DNA of 64,000 nt from contig QCOV01000004.1 in the NCBI GenBank assembly GCA_003212795.1, positions 11,762 through 75,761 on the forward strand, written 5' to 3'. Of this stretch, positions 9,861 through 20,026 are shown one piece after another (position 1 is the first letter of the stretch; each line of letters starts with the position of its first letter). A program made the position numbers and the translations under genes. This DNA is from OCS116 cluster bacterium AG-435-F03 (lineage in GTDB: Bacteria; Pseudomonadota; Alphaproteobacteria; MED-G09). The notes under the pieces are model-generated. The model was not told where the DNA came from. It saw only the letters and a program-made list of their open reading frames with translations, and ran no database searches.

Positions 9861-11099
9861 ATGGATAAATCATTTCTCATATTTTTAGCTATTCCTATTT
9901 TCTTTTTAATGATCTGTATTGAATTACTTTACTGTTATGCAAAAGGTAAAAACAATTATAGATTAAATGATACAATTACGAGTATCAATATCGGCTTAAT
10001 CAGTAGATTTCCAACAATATTAAACCTTGGATTTCAAGGTCTTACATTTTCATATGTTGCTACAAATATGAATCTCTTTCAATTATCTATTAACTCACCA
10101 TTTACATGGATTTTTGCATTTTTTTTATATGATTTTTTATATTATTGGATGCACAGATTGCATCATGAATATAAATTTCTCTGGGCAACACATGTTGTTC
10201 ATCATCATGGAGAAGAATTTAATCTTTCAACGGCATTAAGACAAACTAGTACAGGTTTTTTATGGAAATGGATATTTTTTGTACCAATTCTTCTTGTTGG
10301 GATACCTTCACCTGTATTTGTTGCTGTAGGAGGTTTAAATCTGATTTACCAATTTTGGGTTCATACAGAACATATTGGTAAATTAGGATGGTATGAAAGG
10401 TATTTTATAACTCCAAGTAACCATAGAATACATCACGCTAAGAATCCTGAATATGTCGATAAAAATTACGGAGGTGTTTTTATTCTATGGGATAGATTTT
10501 TTGGGACATATTGTGAAGAAAGAGATGACTTAAAGCCTGTATACGGAACTGTTAAAGCATTAAGAAGTTGGAATCCTTTATGGGCAAATATTGAAGTATT
10601 TATTAATATGGCGAAAGACTCATACCATACAAAGAATTGGAGAGATAAAGTAAAAGTTTGGTTTTCAAGGACTACTTGGCGTCCAGAAGATGTTGAAAAG
10701 AAATTCCCTTATAGAAATATTGATCAAAATGATAAATTTGATCCAAAAATATCCCCTAACCTTATGAAATTTGTTTGGATACAATTGATTTTTATTCCTT
10801 TTATGACACTTGTAGTTTTTTTCACTTTAAAAGGCCAAAGTTTCTTAGAGACCGCCATCTTTGGTATTTCTCTTTTTCTCTCATCAATAATAATTTCTCT
10901 AGTTTTATCAAATAAGATTAACACTATCATTTACGAATCTATCAGGTCTTTATTGGTTTTATCTATAATTTATTCAGGAATTATATCAATTGAGCTATTG
11001 GCTGCTCAAGTATTGGCTATTCATGCATTATTTAATATTGGCATGATTATTATTTATCGATTTTTTATTCATAAAGAAGAAGATTTAATAACTAATTAG
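9861..11099 (+). CDS. Sterol desaturase/fatty acid hydroxylase family, alkylglycerol monooxygenase-like
   Basis: His boxes HRLHH, HVVHH, HTE and HRIHH; NLSTALRQ; DKNYGG. Confidence 0.85.
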   Translation: MDKSFLIFLAIPIFFLMICIELLYCYAKGKNNYRLNDTITSINIGLISRFPTILNLGFQGLTFSYVATNMNLFQLSINSPFTWIFAFFLYDFLYYWMHRLHHEYKFLWATHVVHHHGEEFNLSTALRQTSTGFLWKWIFFVPILLVGIPSPVFVAVGGLNLIYQFWVHTEHIGKLGWYERYFITPSNHRIHHAKNPEYVDKNYGGVFILWDRFFGTYCEERDDLKPVYGTVKALRSWNPLWANIEVFINMAKDSYHTKNWRDKVKVWFSRTTWRPEDVEKKFPYRNIDQNDKFDPKISPNLMKFVWIQLIFIPFMTLVVFFTLKGQSFLETAIFGISLFLSSIIISLVLSNKINTIIYESIRSLLVLSIIYSGIISIELLAAQVLAIHALFNIGMIIIYRFFIHKEEDLITN

Positions 11100-11190
11100 A
11101 TAATATTAGTTGATCTATTTTCATAATTTAATTGTTTAAGTTATTTATTTATTTAAAATATTTTCAATATTTTAAAAGAGGTCAAAAATT

Positions 11191-11799
11191 ATGAACAAAT
11201 TTATTCTATTCGCTTTTGTAGTTTTATTTTTACTTTCATTAACCGAAACTTATGCGGGAGAAAAACACAATTCTGATGAATGGCAGATTAAAGCTTACTC
11301 AAGCGCGGCTCCTTCATTTATTGGTGATTTTGCAACAATTATAGGTGGGGATGGTAAAATACTTAGGGAAGGAACCAATGGTTGGACATGCCAAGCAGGC
11401 AATCCTAGACCTTTTCCTAAAGAAGGCTGGAAGGATGTTCATGAGGCTATGCCAGCATGTTCCGATAAGGAAGCAATCAAATGGATGATGGCATATATGC
11501 AGGGTAAGACACCTCAACTTGATAATGATGGCTGGATGTGGATGCTTCATGGTGATGTAGGAGAGGACAACTCTAAGGCTGGTATATTAAATGAAAAAGA
11601 TAGCACGCCAGGTCAATGGATTGAGTCTGGTCCACATTTAATGCTTATGCCAAAGGACCCATCTAGTTTGGACAATATGAATGCTGATTTTACAAATGGT
11701 GCCCCTTATGTGATGTTTCCAAAAACAATATGGGCACATGTAATGATTCCTGTTGAAGGTTATTATAAGTATCAAAAAGAATCAGAACCAAAAAAATAA
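11191..11799 (+). CDS. Secreted hypothetical protein
   Basis: Signal peptide; EGTNGWTC, MLHGD, GPHLM and WAHVMIP motifs; GAGG SD upstream. Confidence 0.7.
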   Translation: MNKFILFAFVVLFLLSLTETYAGEKHNSDEWQIKAYSSAAPSFIGDFATIIGGDGKILREGTNGWTCQAGNPRPFPKEGWKDVHEAMPACSDKEAIKWMMAYMQGKTPQLDNDGWMWMLHGDVGEDNSKAGILNEKDSTPGQWIESGPHLMLMPKDPSSLDNMNADFTNGAPYVMFPKTIWAHVMIPVEGYYKYQKESEPKK

Positions 11800-11808
11800 G
11801 GAGTAAAA

Positions 11809-12594
11809 ATGAAACCTGTATGTCTAGTTCTTGGTGCAGGAGCAGGGATCGGAGGAACTGTTGCTGCAAAATTTGCGAAAGAAGGATATCACTCATATTT
11901 ATGCAGAAGAAGTGATAAAGAAGGTCTTGATCGTTTAATTACTAATATTGAAGAAAATGGTGGCAAAGCATCAGGATCCCTTCTTAATGCTGTTGATGAT
12001 AATGTATTGGAAGATTTAATTGTCTCTATAGAGAGAGATATAGGTCCAATTGAGGTTCTAATCTACAACTTAGGTGCTCAGACTGGAATGAAATTACTTC
12101 ATCAAACAACTCATAAAGAATTTGAGTTAGGTTGGAGAATGGCTAGTTTTGGTTTGTTTAGGATTGCTAAGGTTTTATGTCCTTTGATGGTCGAAAGAAA
12201 AAAAGGCAATATAATTGTAACTTCTGCAACTGCGGCAATGAGAGGAAATAAAACGCAACATTCACATGCAGCTGCAATGGGTGCAAGAAGAATGCTTTGC
12301 CAATCTCTAAATGCTGAATTTGCTTCCCAAGGAATACATGTTGCCCATGTAGTAATTGATGGAGCTGTAGATGCTCCAGATACTTTAGGTAAATTGCTTG
12401 GACCAGAATTATATCAAAAAATGCGAGAAACCAAGGGTATGGAAAATGACGGGTTAATACTTCCAGAAAAAATTGCAGATACATATTATCATTTAGCTCA
12501 GCAACATAGATCAACTTGGACACATGAAATAGATATTAGGGCGTTTTCTGATTTAGCTTGGTGGAATCACGACACTATGCTCGATAAAGATTAA
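11809..12594 (+). CDS. SDR oxidoreductase
   Basis: GAGAGIG; IHVAHVVIDG; WTHEIDIR. Confidence 0.85.
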   Translation: MKPVCLVLGAGAGIGGTVAAKFAKEGYHSYLCRRSDKEGLDRLITNIEENGGKASGSLLNAVDDNVLEDLIVSIERDIGPIEVLIYNLGAQTGMKLLHQTTHKEFELGWRMASFGLFRIAKVLCPLMVERKKGNIIVTSATAAMRGNKTQHSHAAAMGARRMLCQSLNAEFASQGIHVAHVVIDGAVDAPDTLGKLLGPELYQKMRETKGMENDGLILPEKIADTYYHLAQQHRSTWTHEIDIRAFSDLAWWNHDTMLDKD

Positions 12595-12625
12595 ATGAAA
12601 ATTTATTCATGACTTTGAGGGAAAA

Positions 12626-13969
12626 TTGAAATTAAAAAAATCAACTTTGTTTTTTTACAGCTTGGCAGAGATGCCTATAAATATCGCCCTTTTTCCTATC
12701 CTTGTTTTTATTCCTAAATTTTACACTGGTGAAATGGGTGTACCTTTAGCCTTAGCAGCAAATATCATTTTAGCGGTTCGTATTTTTGATGTTTTTACTG
12801 ACCCAGTAGTTGGTTACATCAATGACCGAACTAATACAAAATGGGGAAGAAGAAGACCATGGATTGCAATAGCTACACCCTTACTTATGGTAAGTATCTA
12901 TATGCTATTTATTCCTCCTGAAGGAGCTGGAGCTCTTCATCTTTTCTTATGGATGTTTCTTCTTTCAATAGGAACAACCATGCTCATTATACCTTACTAT
13001 GCTTGGGGTGCAGAGTTATCACCGGACTATAATGAGAGATCAAGAATTACTGGATGGAGATCTATTTCTGGAGTAGTTGGTAGTCTAAGCGCTCAACTTA
13101 TCCCAACTATAGCTCTTGTTTTCTTTGGTCTTGGCGGTAGCACAAATGTTTTGTATATCGTTGGGATTGCTAGTGTAATTATTATGCCCATATGTGTATT
13201 TTTAACTGTATCAAAAGTTCCTGAGTCTAAAGATTACATCAAATCAAACATCTCTCCGATCAAGGGTTTCAAAATTATGTTAGAAAACTCTCCATTTAAG
13301 AGATTAATAATGGCTTTTATGTTTGGAGGTATAGCTTTTTCCATAACAATTCCACTGTATTTATTCTTTATAACTTATGTTCTTAAGGCAGAAGAAATGG
13401 CTATATTTATGCTTACATTTTTTTATCTTACAAATATTGTTGCCGTTCCATTTTGGGTTTGGTTATCAAAGCAAATCGGAAAGCATAAGGCATATATTTG
13501 TAGTTTTGCAATGATTGCATTTGCGCATCCTTTTTATCTTCTTTTGGGTGAAGGAGATTTTTGGTGGATGTTACCTATTACCATTACTACGGGTTTTGCT
13601 GCTGGGGGTTTTGCGGCATTACCAAATTCAATGAAGGCAGATGTTATTGATCTAGATACATTAAAAAGCGGAGAAAATAGATCTGGCCTATTTTTCTCAT
13701 CGTGGTCATTAACTTCAAAATTAGCTGGATCTGTAGGAACATGGTTAGCATTAACAGCATTATCTTGGATTAGTTTTAATACGGGAACAGATGTTAGTAA
13801 CGGTCCGACTCAATTGTTAGGACTTAAGCTTTTATTCTCTACTCTTCCCTCTTTCTTTTTTATAGCTGCAATAATTATTATATGGAAGTATCCTATAACA
13901 GAAGAAATGCATTCAAAAATTCGAAATGAATTAAAAAATTCAAAAACCGAAAGAATTCTTGAAACTTAA
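12626..13969 (+). CDS. MFS transporter, glycoside-pentoside-hexuronide (MelB-like) family
   Basis: DVFTDPVVGYINDRT...WGRRRPW; ADVID; about 12 TM segments. Confidence 0.9.
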   Translation: MKLKKSTLFFYSLAEMPINIALFPILVFIPKFYTGEMGVPLALAANIILAVRIFDVFTDPVVGYINDRTNTKWGRRRPWIAIATPLLMVSIYMLFIPPEGAGALHLFLWMFLLSIGTTMLIIPYYAWGAELSPDYNERSRITGWRSISGVVGSLSAQLIPTIALVFFGLGGSTNVLYIVGIASVIIMPICVFLTVSKVPESKDYIKSNISPIKGFKIMLENSPFKRLIMAFMFGGIAFSITIPLYLFFITYVLKAEEMAIFMLTFFYLTNIVAVPFWVWLSKQIGKHKAYICSFAMIAFAHPFYLLLGEGDFWWMLPITITTGFAAGGFAALPNSMKADVIDLDTLKSGENRSGLFFSSWSLTSKLAGSVGTWLALTALSWISFNTGTDVSNGPTQLLGLKLLFSTLPSFFFIAAIIIIWKYPITEEMHSKIRNELKNSKTERILET

Positions 13970-14021
13970 GAAGTATTTAATCATTGTAAAATGATATATT
14001 TCTATTATTAAGGCATATCTT

Positions 14022-15461
14022 ATGAGTAACACCATTTCCAACAACACCTTACACTTATACACATTAGGTTCTGGTGCTGTTGGAGTTAAGAATTTATTGT
14101 TTGGATCATGGCTTTTAGTTTATTTTAATCAGATTTTAGGTCTTGAACCATTATTAGCATCTTATGCTCTTGCTATTGCTCTAGTATTTGATGCAATCTC
14201 AGACCCCCTGGTTGGCGCTTGGTCAGACCGTTTTAAATCAAAATGGGGAAGAAGACATCCATTTGTGTATTTAGCAATAATACCTTTCGGTTTAAGTGCG
14301 TATTTTCTTTATTCAATTCCTTCAGATACTTCTCAAACTGCACTTTTTATAAAATTATTAATTGCATCAATTCTTTTGCGAACATTGTTTACTTTTTATG
14401 AGACACCTAGAGCAGCAATTGGTCCAGAACTTATTACTGATTATGAAAGGCGTAACACCTTAAGTGGTTATGGTGTTTTATACGGCAATATGGGTTTGGG
14501 GATTATGAGCTATGCAATGCTAGCTTTTTTTCTTGTGGAAACTGAAACATTTTCAGGTTCACGTGCTTTTTTAAATCCTGAAGCTTATCCAAAATTTGGT
14601 CTTTTAGCTTGTTTTTTAATCATAGTCTTTGGTCTAGTATCTTCATTATCAACACACAAATATATTCCTGACATGGTTGAACCAGATCCTAAGAGTTTTA
14701 AATTTTCTGAATTTTGGAAAGAAATAGTTGAGTCTCTTTCAAATAGAAATTGGTTAGTTCTTTTTACTGCTGGAACTATTTTAGCACTTAATATTGGAAT
14801 ATTTTCAAGTTTAGATAATTATTTTAGTATTTATTTTTGGCAATGGACTCCAGAAGAAATAAGCTTATTTCCAATTATTATAGCGCTTCCAGTTGTTTTA
14901 GCAGGATTCTTTGCGGCACCTTTAGCTAAAGGAAAGAGCAAAAAAAACTTTGCCATAGGCTTATTTCTTATCAATCTCATTGTTGAACCAATGCCAATTT
15001 GGTTAAGATTATTGGATCCATATGTACCAATGCAAATTTTTCCTGAAAATGGAACAGATGCTCTTTGGTGGACAATTATTATATTTTTATGTGTTGGTTA
15101 TTTTTTAAGAACAGCAGGATGGATATTAGTAATATCAATGGTTTATGATGTTGTTGAAGATGGTCAATTAACGACTGGACGAAGAGATGAAGGTCTTTAT
15201 TTGTCCGCAAATGGCTTTATTCAAAAAATAATTAGTGGACTAGGTGTTGTGTTTGTTGGTTTTCTTTTAGAGTTTGTAGGTTTTGATGTAAAAAACCCAA
15301 CAGTATTAGAAATGCAGGAACCAATTTACAGATTGGCATTTTTTCAAGCTATCTTAGGTCCAATTCTAACTTTAGCATCAATCTCATGTATGTTTTTCTA
15401 TAATATTTCTAAATCTTCGCATGAAGAAGCTCTTAAATCTTTAGAAATAGAAAAAGATTAA
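14022..15461 (+). CDS. MFS transporter, GPH (MelB-like) family
   Basis: DAISDPLVGAWSDR...WGRRHPF; TGRRDEG. Confidence 0.9.
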   Translation: MSNTISNNTLHLYTLGSGAVGVKNLLFGSWLLVYFNQILGLEPLLASYALAIALVFDAISDPLVGAWSDRFKSKWGRRHPFVYLAIIPFGLSAYFLYSIPSDTSQTALFIKLLIASILLRTLFTFYETPRAAIGPELITDYERRNTLSGYGVLYGNMGLGIMSYAMLAFFLVETETFSGSRAFLNPEAYPKFGLLACFLIIVFGLVSSLSTHKYIPDMVEPDPKSFKFSEFWKEIVESLSNRNWLVLFTAGTILALNIGIFSSLDNYFSIYFWQWTPEEISLFPIIIALPVVLAGFFAAPLAKGKSKKNFAIGLFLINLIVEPMPIWLRLLDPYVPMQIFPENGTDALWWTIIIFLCVGYFLRTAGWILVISMVYDVVEDGQLTTGRRDEGLYLSANGFIQKIISGLGVVFVGFLLEFVGFDVKNPTVLEMQEPIYRLAFFQAILGPILTLASISCMFFYNISKSSHEEALKSLEIEKD

Positions 15462-15543
15462 TAATTTTTAACTGTTCAAGAATAAATAGAGACAAAGATA
15501 ATCAATTAATTTATCTTTATATAGCTTTTGGAGGTTACTACCT

Positions 15544-17127
15544 ATGAGCAAGTTTCAAGTAATTTTCTTGACCATCTCACTGGTGATTTCTGGTTGTGCG
15601 GAAGAGGTAAATGAAAAAATATCTGGTGATAGTTTTCAACAAACCTATTGGGTTGAAGATTATACAAAAGATTTAAATTTTCCTTGGGCAATAACTTGGT
15701 TACCAAATGGAGATCTATTAGTTACTGAGAGATTAGGAAAAATTAAACTAATACGCAAAGGTATCGTTGTTAGTGAAATACAAGGTGTTCCGGAAGTAAT
15801 GGTATCTAGTCCATTTGATGGTTTATTGGATATCAAACTTGATCCTGATTTCGAAACACAGCCTTATATCTATCTCTCATATACCAAAGGTACAACAACT
15901 GAAAGGGTAGGAGTTGTTTATCGGGCAAAAATTAAAGACAACAAATTAGTTGAAGGGAAAGAAATATTTAATACATCTCCTCCAGCCCCAACTGGTGGGC
16001 CAAATATAACAAGAATTAATTTTCTTTCGGATAAATCCTTAGTTGCAGCAGTTGGGTCTAGCGGTCAGCATGCTTATGGCATGGTGCAAAGATTAGATGG
16101 AGATATAGGAAAGATAATAAGAATATATAGAGATGGGACCGTACCCAAAGATAACGCTCTTTCAGCTGATAACCCGGATGCTAAAGCGGAATTATGGGCA
16201 ACTGGTCTACGTTCTATTGGAGGTTTAACACTAGATAACAACGATCAACTTTGGGGTGTAGAAATGGGACCACAAGGTGGAGATGAATTAAACCTTATTG
16301 AAGGTGGAGGAAATTATGGTTTTCCTCTGATTAGTTGGGGTTTTGATTATTCTGGTCGAGCTTTATCAGAAAGACAAACAGCAGCTGGTTTTGTTGATCC
16401 AATAGTAACTTGGAGTCCTTCAATTTCACCTTATGGAATTACTTTTTATCAAGGCGAAGCCTTCCCTAACTGGAATGGTGATTTTTTTATAGGTGTTTTG
16501 GGTGATCAAACAATTATAAGAATGAGAATTCGTGATGGTAAGGTATTAGAGCAACAAGATTTACTTCCTTATCATAATGAGAGAATTCGTTCGGTAGAGA
16601 CTGGCCCAGATGGATTTATATATGCAGTTACAGATTCCTCTAATGGTAAAATTATTCGTTTAAGACCAGGTAAGCCATCTCAAAAAGACCTTGCTAATGT
16701 ATCTAAACCATTCCCTATGCCAAAAACTAACAGTATTGTTGAAAGATTAAGACTACATGGTGTAATGCAAGATGAGGAAACCATGCTAGCTATTCAAGCT
16801 GCGTATGATCAAGAAAGAGCTGAGTTTATTTACAATCAAAATTGTGTAAGCTGTCATAGCTTAAAAGCCAATGCTGAAAGTAATATTGGCCCTCATCTAG
16901 AGTCAATTGCTGGTCGAAGATCTGGGTCTTTACCTAATTATAATTATTCTTCTGCTATGAAAATGAATAATAAAACAAGTGTAATATGGGACTCACGAAC
17001 AATTGCTGCCTATATAACCAATCCTCAAGCAATTTTTCCTGGTACCAAAATGGCTTCTACCCCTCTTAAATTTGAGGATGCTGTTCAGGTTAGTAATTAT
17101 TTAACAAGATTAAAAAATGAAGAGTAA
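15544..17127 (+). CDS. PQQ-dependent sugar (aldose) dehydrogenase lipoprotein fused to a C-terminal class I cytochrome c
   Basis: Lipobox ISGC; FPWAI, EMGPQGGDELN, NYGFP and RIRSV propeller motifs; CVSCH heme motif, IGPHL, PGTKM axial Met. Confidence 0.85.
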   Translation: MSKFQVIFLTISLVISGCAEEVNEKISGDSFQQTYWVEDYTKDLNFPWAITWLPNGDLLVTERLGKIKLIRKGIVVSEIQGVPEVMVSSPFDGLLDIKLDPDFETQPYIYLSYTKGTTTERVGVVYRAKIKDNKLVEGKEIFNTSPPAPTGGPNITRINFLSDKSLVAAVGSSGQHAYGMVQRLDGDIGKIIRIYRDGTVPKDNALSADNPDAKAELWATGLRSIGGLTLDNNDQLWGVEMGPQGGDELNLIEGGGNYGFPLISWGFDYSGRALSERQTAAGFVDPIVTWSPSISPYGITFYQGEAFPNWNGDFFIGVLGDQTIIRMRIRDGKVLEQQDLLPYHNERIRSVETGPDGFIYAVTDSSNGKIIRLRPGKPSQKDLANVSKPFPMPKTNSIVERLRLHGVMQDEETMLAIQAAYDQERAEFIYNQNCVSCHSLKANAESNIGPHLESIAGRRSGSLPNYNYSSAMKMNNKTSVIWDSRTIAAYITNPQAIFPGTKMASTPLKFEDAVQVSNYLTRLKNEE

Positions 17128-18268
17128 GAAATCTTTTTCTAGAAGAGCTTTTTTAGCTGGTACAGCTGCAACAAGTGCATTAGCTCTTTCTCCAAAACCT
17201 TTAAAAAGTGATGAAAGCATCTTCTCATCAAGAACTAGGTATCGACCATCTTTGGGAATCGTTAAACTCAATGGTAATGAAAATCCATATGGACCTAGTC
17301 AAAAAGCTTTAGCAGCTATTGATGAGGCATCTAAGCATTCTGGATATTATGTAAACTCATCAGGTGAGAAATTATGTTCAATGATTGCTGAAAAACATGG
17401 ATTAACAACTGATCATATAGTCTTGAGCTCAGGGTCTACAGCAGTTCTTATGAATGTAGCATTGGCATCACTTAAAAGAGGCCATATTTTAGCACCAGAC
17501 CTCTTTTGGGACAGTACAGCAAATTTAGCTTCAGATGTTAGTCAAAATAAATTGAAGCGCTTACCAAGTAATATAAAGCATGAAATAAATCTTAAAGTTA
17601 TGAGGGACTCAATTACTAAAGATATATCTCTAGTCCATATAACAAACCCAAATAACCCGACTGGCTCTATTTTAAATAACTTAGAATTAAAAGAATTTTG
17701 TAGAGAAATATCTAATTATTGTACGGTATTAATTGATGAAGCATATAATGATCTTACTGATAAACCGAATTCTTCAACTATGATTCCTCTTATCAAAGAA
17801 GGTAAGAATATTATTGTAACAAGAACATTTTCAAAAATTCATGGTCTTGCTGGTTTACGAATAGGCTATATGATAGCTAAACCCGAAATAATCAGTGAAG
17901 TTATGAAGTTTGGTTTTATTGGAAACTGGACAACTAATAAGGCAGGTGTTGCTGCAGCAATAGCCAGCTATAATGATGAAATTTTCTTATCACATTCTAA
18001 ATCAATGATAAATGAGGGTAAAGAGATGGTGATGGAGGCAATTAAAAAGAATGGTCTTTCCGCTTTACCTTCTAAAGCTAATTTCATTTTTGTTAACTTA
18101 GATTCCTTAAATGCTGATCAATTCAAAAAAAGTATGGCTAAGAGAAATATAATTATATCTGGAATTTTTAGAAATCATAAAAACTGGTCACGAGTAAGCA
18201 TGGGAAAGATTGCTGATTTACAAAAATATATAAATGCTTTGCCGGAGGTTTTGGAAGAAATTAGCTAG
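17117..18268 (+). CDS. Tat-exported PLP-dependent class I/II aminotransferase (HisC-like fold)
   Basis: SRRAFL twin-arginine signal; NENPYGP, NPNNPTG, DEAY, TFSKIHGLAGLRIGY. Confidence 0.85.
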   Translation: MKSKKSFSRRAFLAGTAATSALALSPKPLKSDESIFSSRTRYRPSLGIVKLNGNENPYGPSQKALAAIDEASKHSGYYVNSSGEKLCSMIAEKHGLTTDHIVLSSGSTAVLMNVALASLKRGHILAPDLFWDSTANLASDVSQNKLKRLPSNIKHEINLKVMRDSITKDISLVHITNPNNPTGSILNNLELKEFCREISNYCTVLIDEAYNDLTDKPNSSTMIPLIKEGKNIIVTRTFSKIHGLAGLRIGYMIAKPEIISEVMKFGFIGNWTTNKAGVAAAIASYNDEIFLSHSKSMINEGKEMVMEAIKKNGLSALPSKANFIFVNLDSLNADQFKKSMAKRNIIISGIFRNHKNWSRVSMGKIADLQKYINALPEVLEEIS

Positions 18269-19337
18269 TCTTATTTATCAACTCACCTACATCCTTATAA
18301 ATTAAACAGGCCATAAGGATAAGACCAATATAACCTATAGAAGGATATATAAGGTTAATAAGCTGACCAAAAGGTAAAAGGTTTCCACCAAACCAACAAA
18401 TTAAAGTTAAAGATATGGCTAACAATCTAAAGCGTAAAGTATGCTCATCAGCAAAGCGTCTACAAATTGTCCACATTAAAGGTGTAACTGTTGTATAAAT
18501 TCCAAGAAAAATAACAGCAGCAAAAATTGATCCATACACTGGAAAAACCTTTGTTGCTAATATAAGTATTGGAACTTCAGCGTCATAGACAGATTGAATA
18601 TTGCCCATAAGAGCTAAAACAACAATAGTCATAGCGCTTATAAAAAGAAATGGGCCAAGCAATGCTACGCCCTTGACCTCAAAATTACTTTTAATTGTTG
18701 CGCCCACTAAAGGTAAAAACCCATATAATCCAGGAAGAGAAAAAACAGCATATAAAATTGCAGAAAAAAACCAATTTTCAGAGGCTCTTAGGATTTCTAA
18801 TCCATCAGATAAAAGGATTCCCTCTTTTAATGACAATGAATCATCTAATATTGTGGAAACGGCAGTAGCTAAAGTAAGAATGACTATTATTGGCCCAATA
18901 ATTCCAAGCACTTCAATAATTTTATTTAAACCTAACAAAAGCGTAATAGTTGCACAAAATGCCATTAATCCTGATCCAAAAATGACAGGTAAACCATAAG
19001 CTTGTTCTAAAGTAGCTCCTACACCACCTAACATTACGCCGTAAACAGCAACAATCATAATCATAGTGTACCAAGTCATAAAAATACCAAGATAACGACC
19101 GCAAAAATGCCGGAAAGCATCCTCGTTAGTTCGAAGATCATTTTGTTTACCAGCTTTAAGCAATGAGAAACAGGTATAAATCATGAGAAAACCACAAATT
19201 AATAGACCTATTAATCCTTTACTTCCAAAACCAACAAAGAATTGCATGGCCTCCTGTCCAGTTGAAAAAGCGCCACCTATCAGTAATGCTATATATGCAC
19301 CTGAAATACTAAATATTCTAATCCATTGATTATTCAT
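18261..19337 (-). CDS. YkvI-family (APC-like) membrane transporter
   Basis: IGGAFSTGQEAMQFF; LINLIYPSIGYIG; about 10 TM segments. Confidence 0.75.
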   Translation of the reverse strand: MNNQWIRIFSISGAYIALLIGGAFSTGQEAMQFFVGFGSKGLIGLLICGFLMIYTCFSLLKAGKQNDLRTNEDAFRHFCGRYLGIFMTWYTMIMIVAVYGVMLGGVGATLEQAYGLPVIFGSGLMAFCATITLLLGLNKIIEVLGIIGPIIVILTLATAVSTILDDSLSLKEGILLSDGLEILRASENWFFSAILYAVFSLPGLYGFLPLVGATIKSNFEVKGVALLGPFLFISAMTIVVLALMGNIQSVYDAEVPILILATKVFPVYGSIFAAVIFLGIYTTVTPLMWTICRRFADEHTLRFRLLAISLTLICWFGGNLLPFGQLINLIYPSIGYIGLILMACLIYKDVGELINKTS

Positions 19338-20019
19338 AAAGATTATATAACCACATAACTGATCTACTATGATCTATAAACCCTGTATCTTTAGCAACCT
19401 CGGGATCTGACAGGGTTTCAAGGAACTTTTCTATATCAGAATAATAACCTTCTGCGGTACCTTCAAAATCAAATATATCTACTCCTGCTGAATTAGCAGC
19501 TTTCTCAGAAAATTCTTCATCAGCATGGAATTGCCTATAACCTTGTAAACCTGAAACATTTTCTCTTACATCGGCTGCATGATGATCTAACCAGTGTTCG
19601 TGCCAGTCTTTCCTAGACCATTCTAAAGGACGTCTTAAAACCATATTAAGAAATAAAGGTTCGCTTCCAGGAACAATTACATGTTCATCACCTACAAGAG
19701 CAGCACTTTTAGAAGCGTCAATTAAAGATCCTAATTTTTCCCCTATACCTTGTATTGCCTCAACAAGTGATTCATATGATGCGTCTTCAGACCTGAACTC
19801 TATTATATTATCAAAAGGTGGTTGCTCAGGTAAATCATCTGGTTGACCATCTTGAGGAACACTTGCAGTTGGATCATCTGGAACCCTTATTGCCCTTCTA
19901 AATTGTAAGTTAGGTAAATTATGATTTATAGACTTGCACTCTTTATTAAGAATATCATCTATTTTATCTCTATTATTAATATCTGAAGCACTTAATAATA
20001 ATTGTAATTTTTTAATCAT
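19330..20019 (-). CDS. EthD-domain protein
   Basis: LRRP...HEHWLDHH...GYRQFH...FEGTAE pattern. Confidence 0.7.
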   Translation of the reverse strand: MIKKLQLLLSASDINNRDKIDDILNKECKSINHNLPNLQFRRAIRVPDDPTASVPQDGQPDDLPEQPPFDNIIEFRSEDASYESLVEAIQGIGEKLGSLIDASKSAALVGDEHVIVPGSEPLFLNMVLRRPLEWSRKDWHEHWLDHHAADVRENVSGLQGYRQFHADEEFSEKAANSAGVDIFDFEGTAEGYYSDIEKFLETLSDPEVAKDTGFIDHSRSVMWLYNLYE

Positions 20020-20026
20020 AAAAACC

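Noticed and set aside
17117..18268. Assignment as hisC
   Set aside because: A Tat signal and absence of his-operon context argue against the housekeeping enzyme
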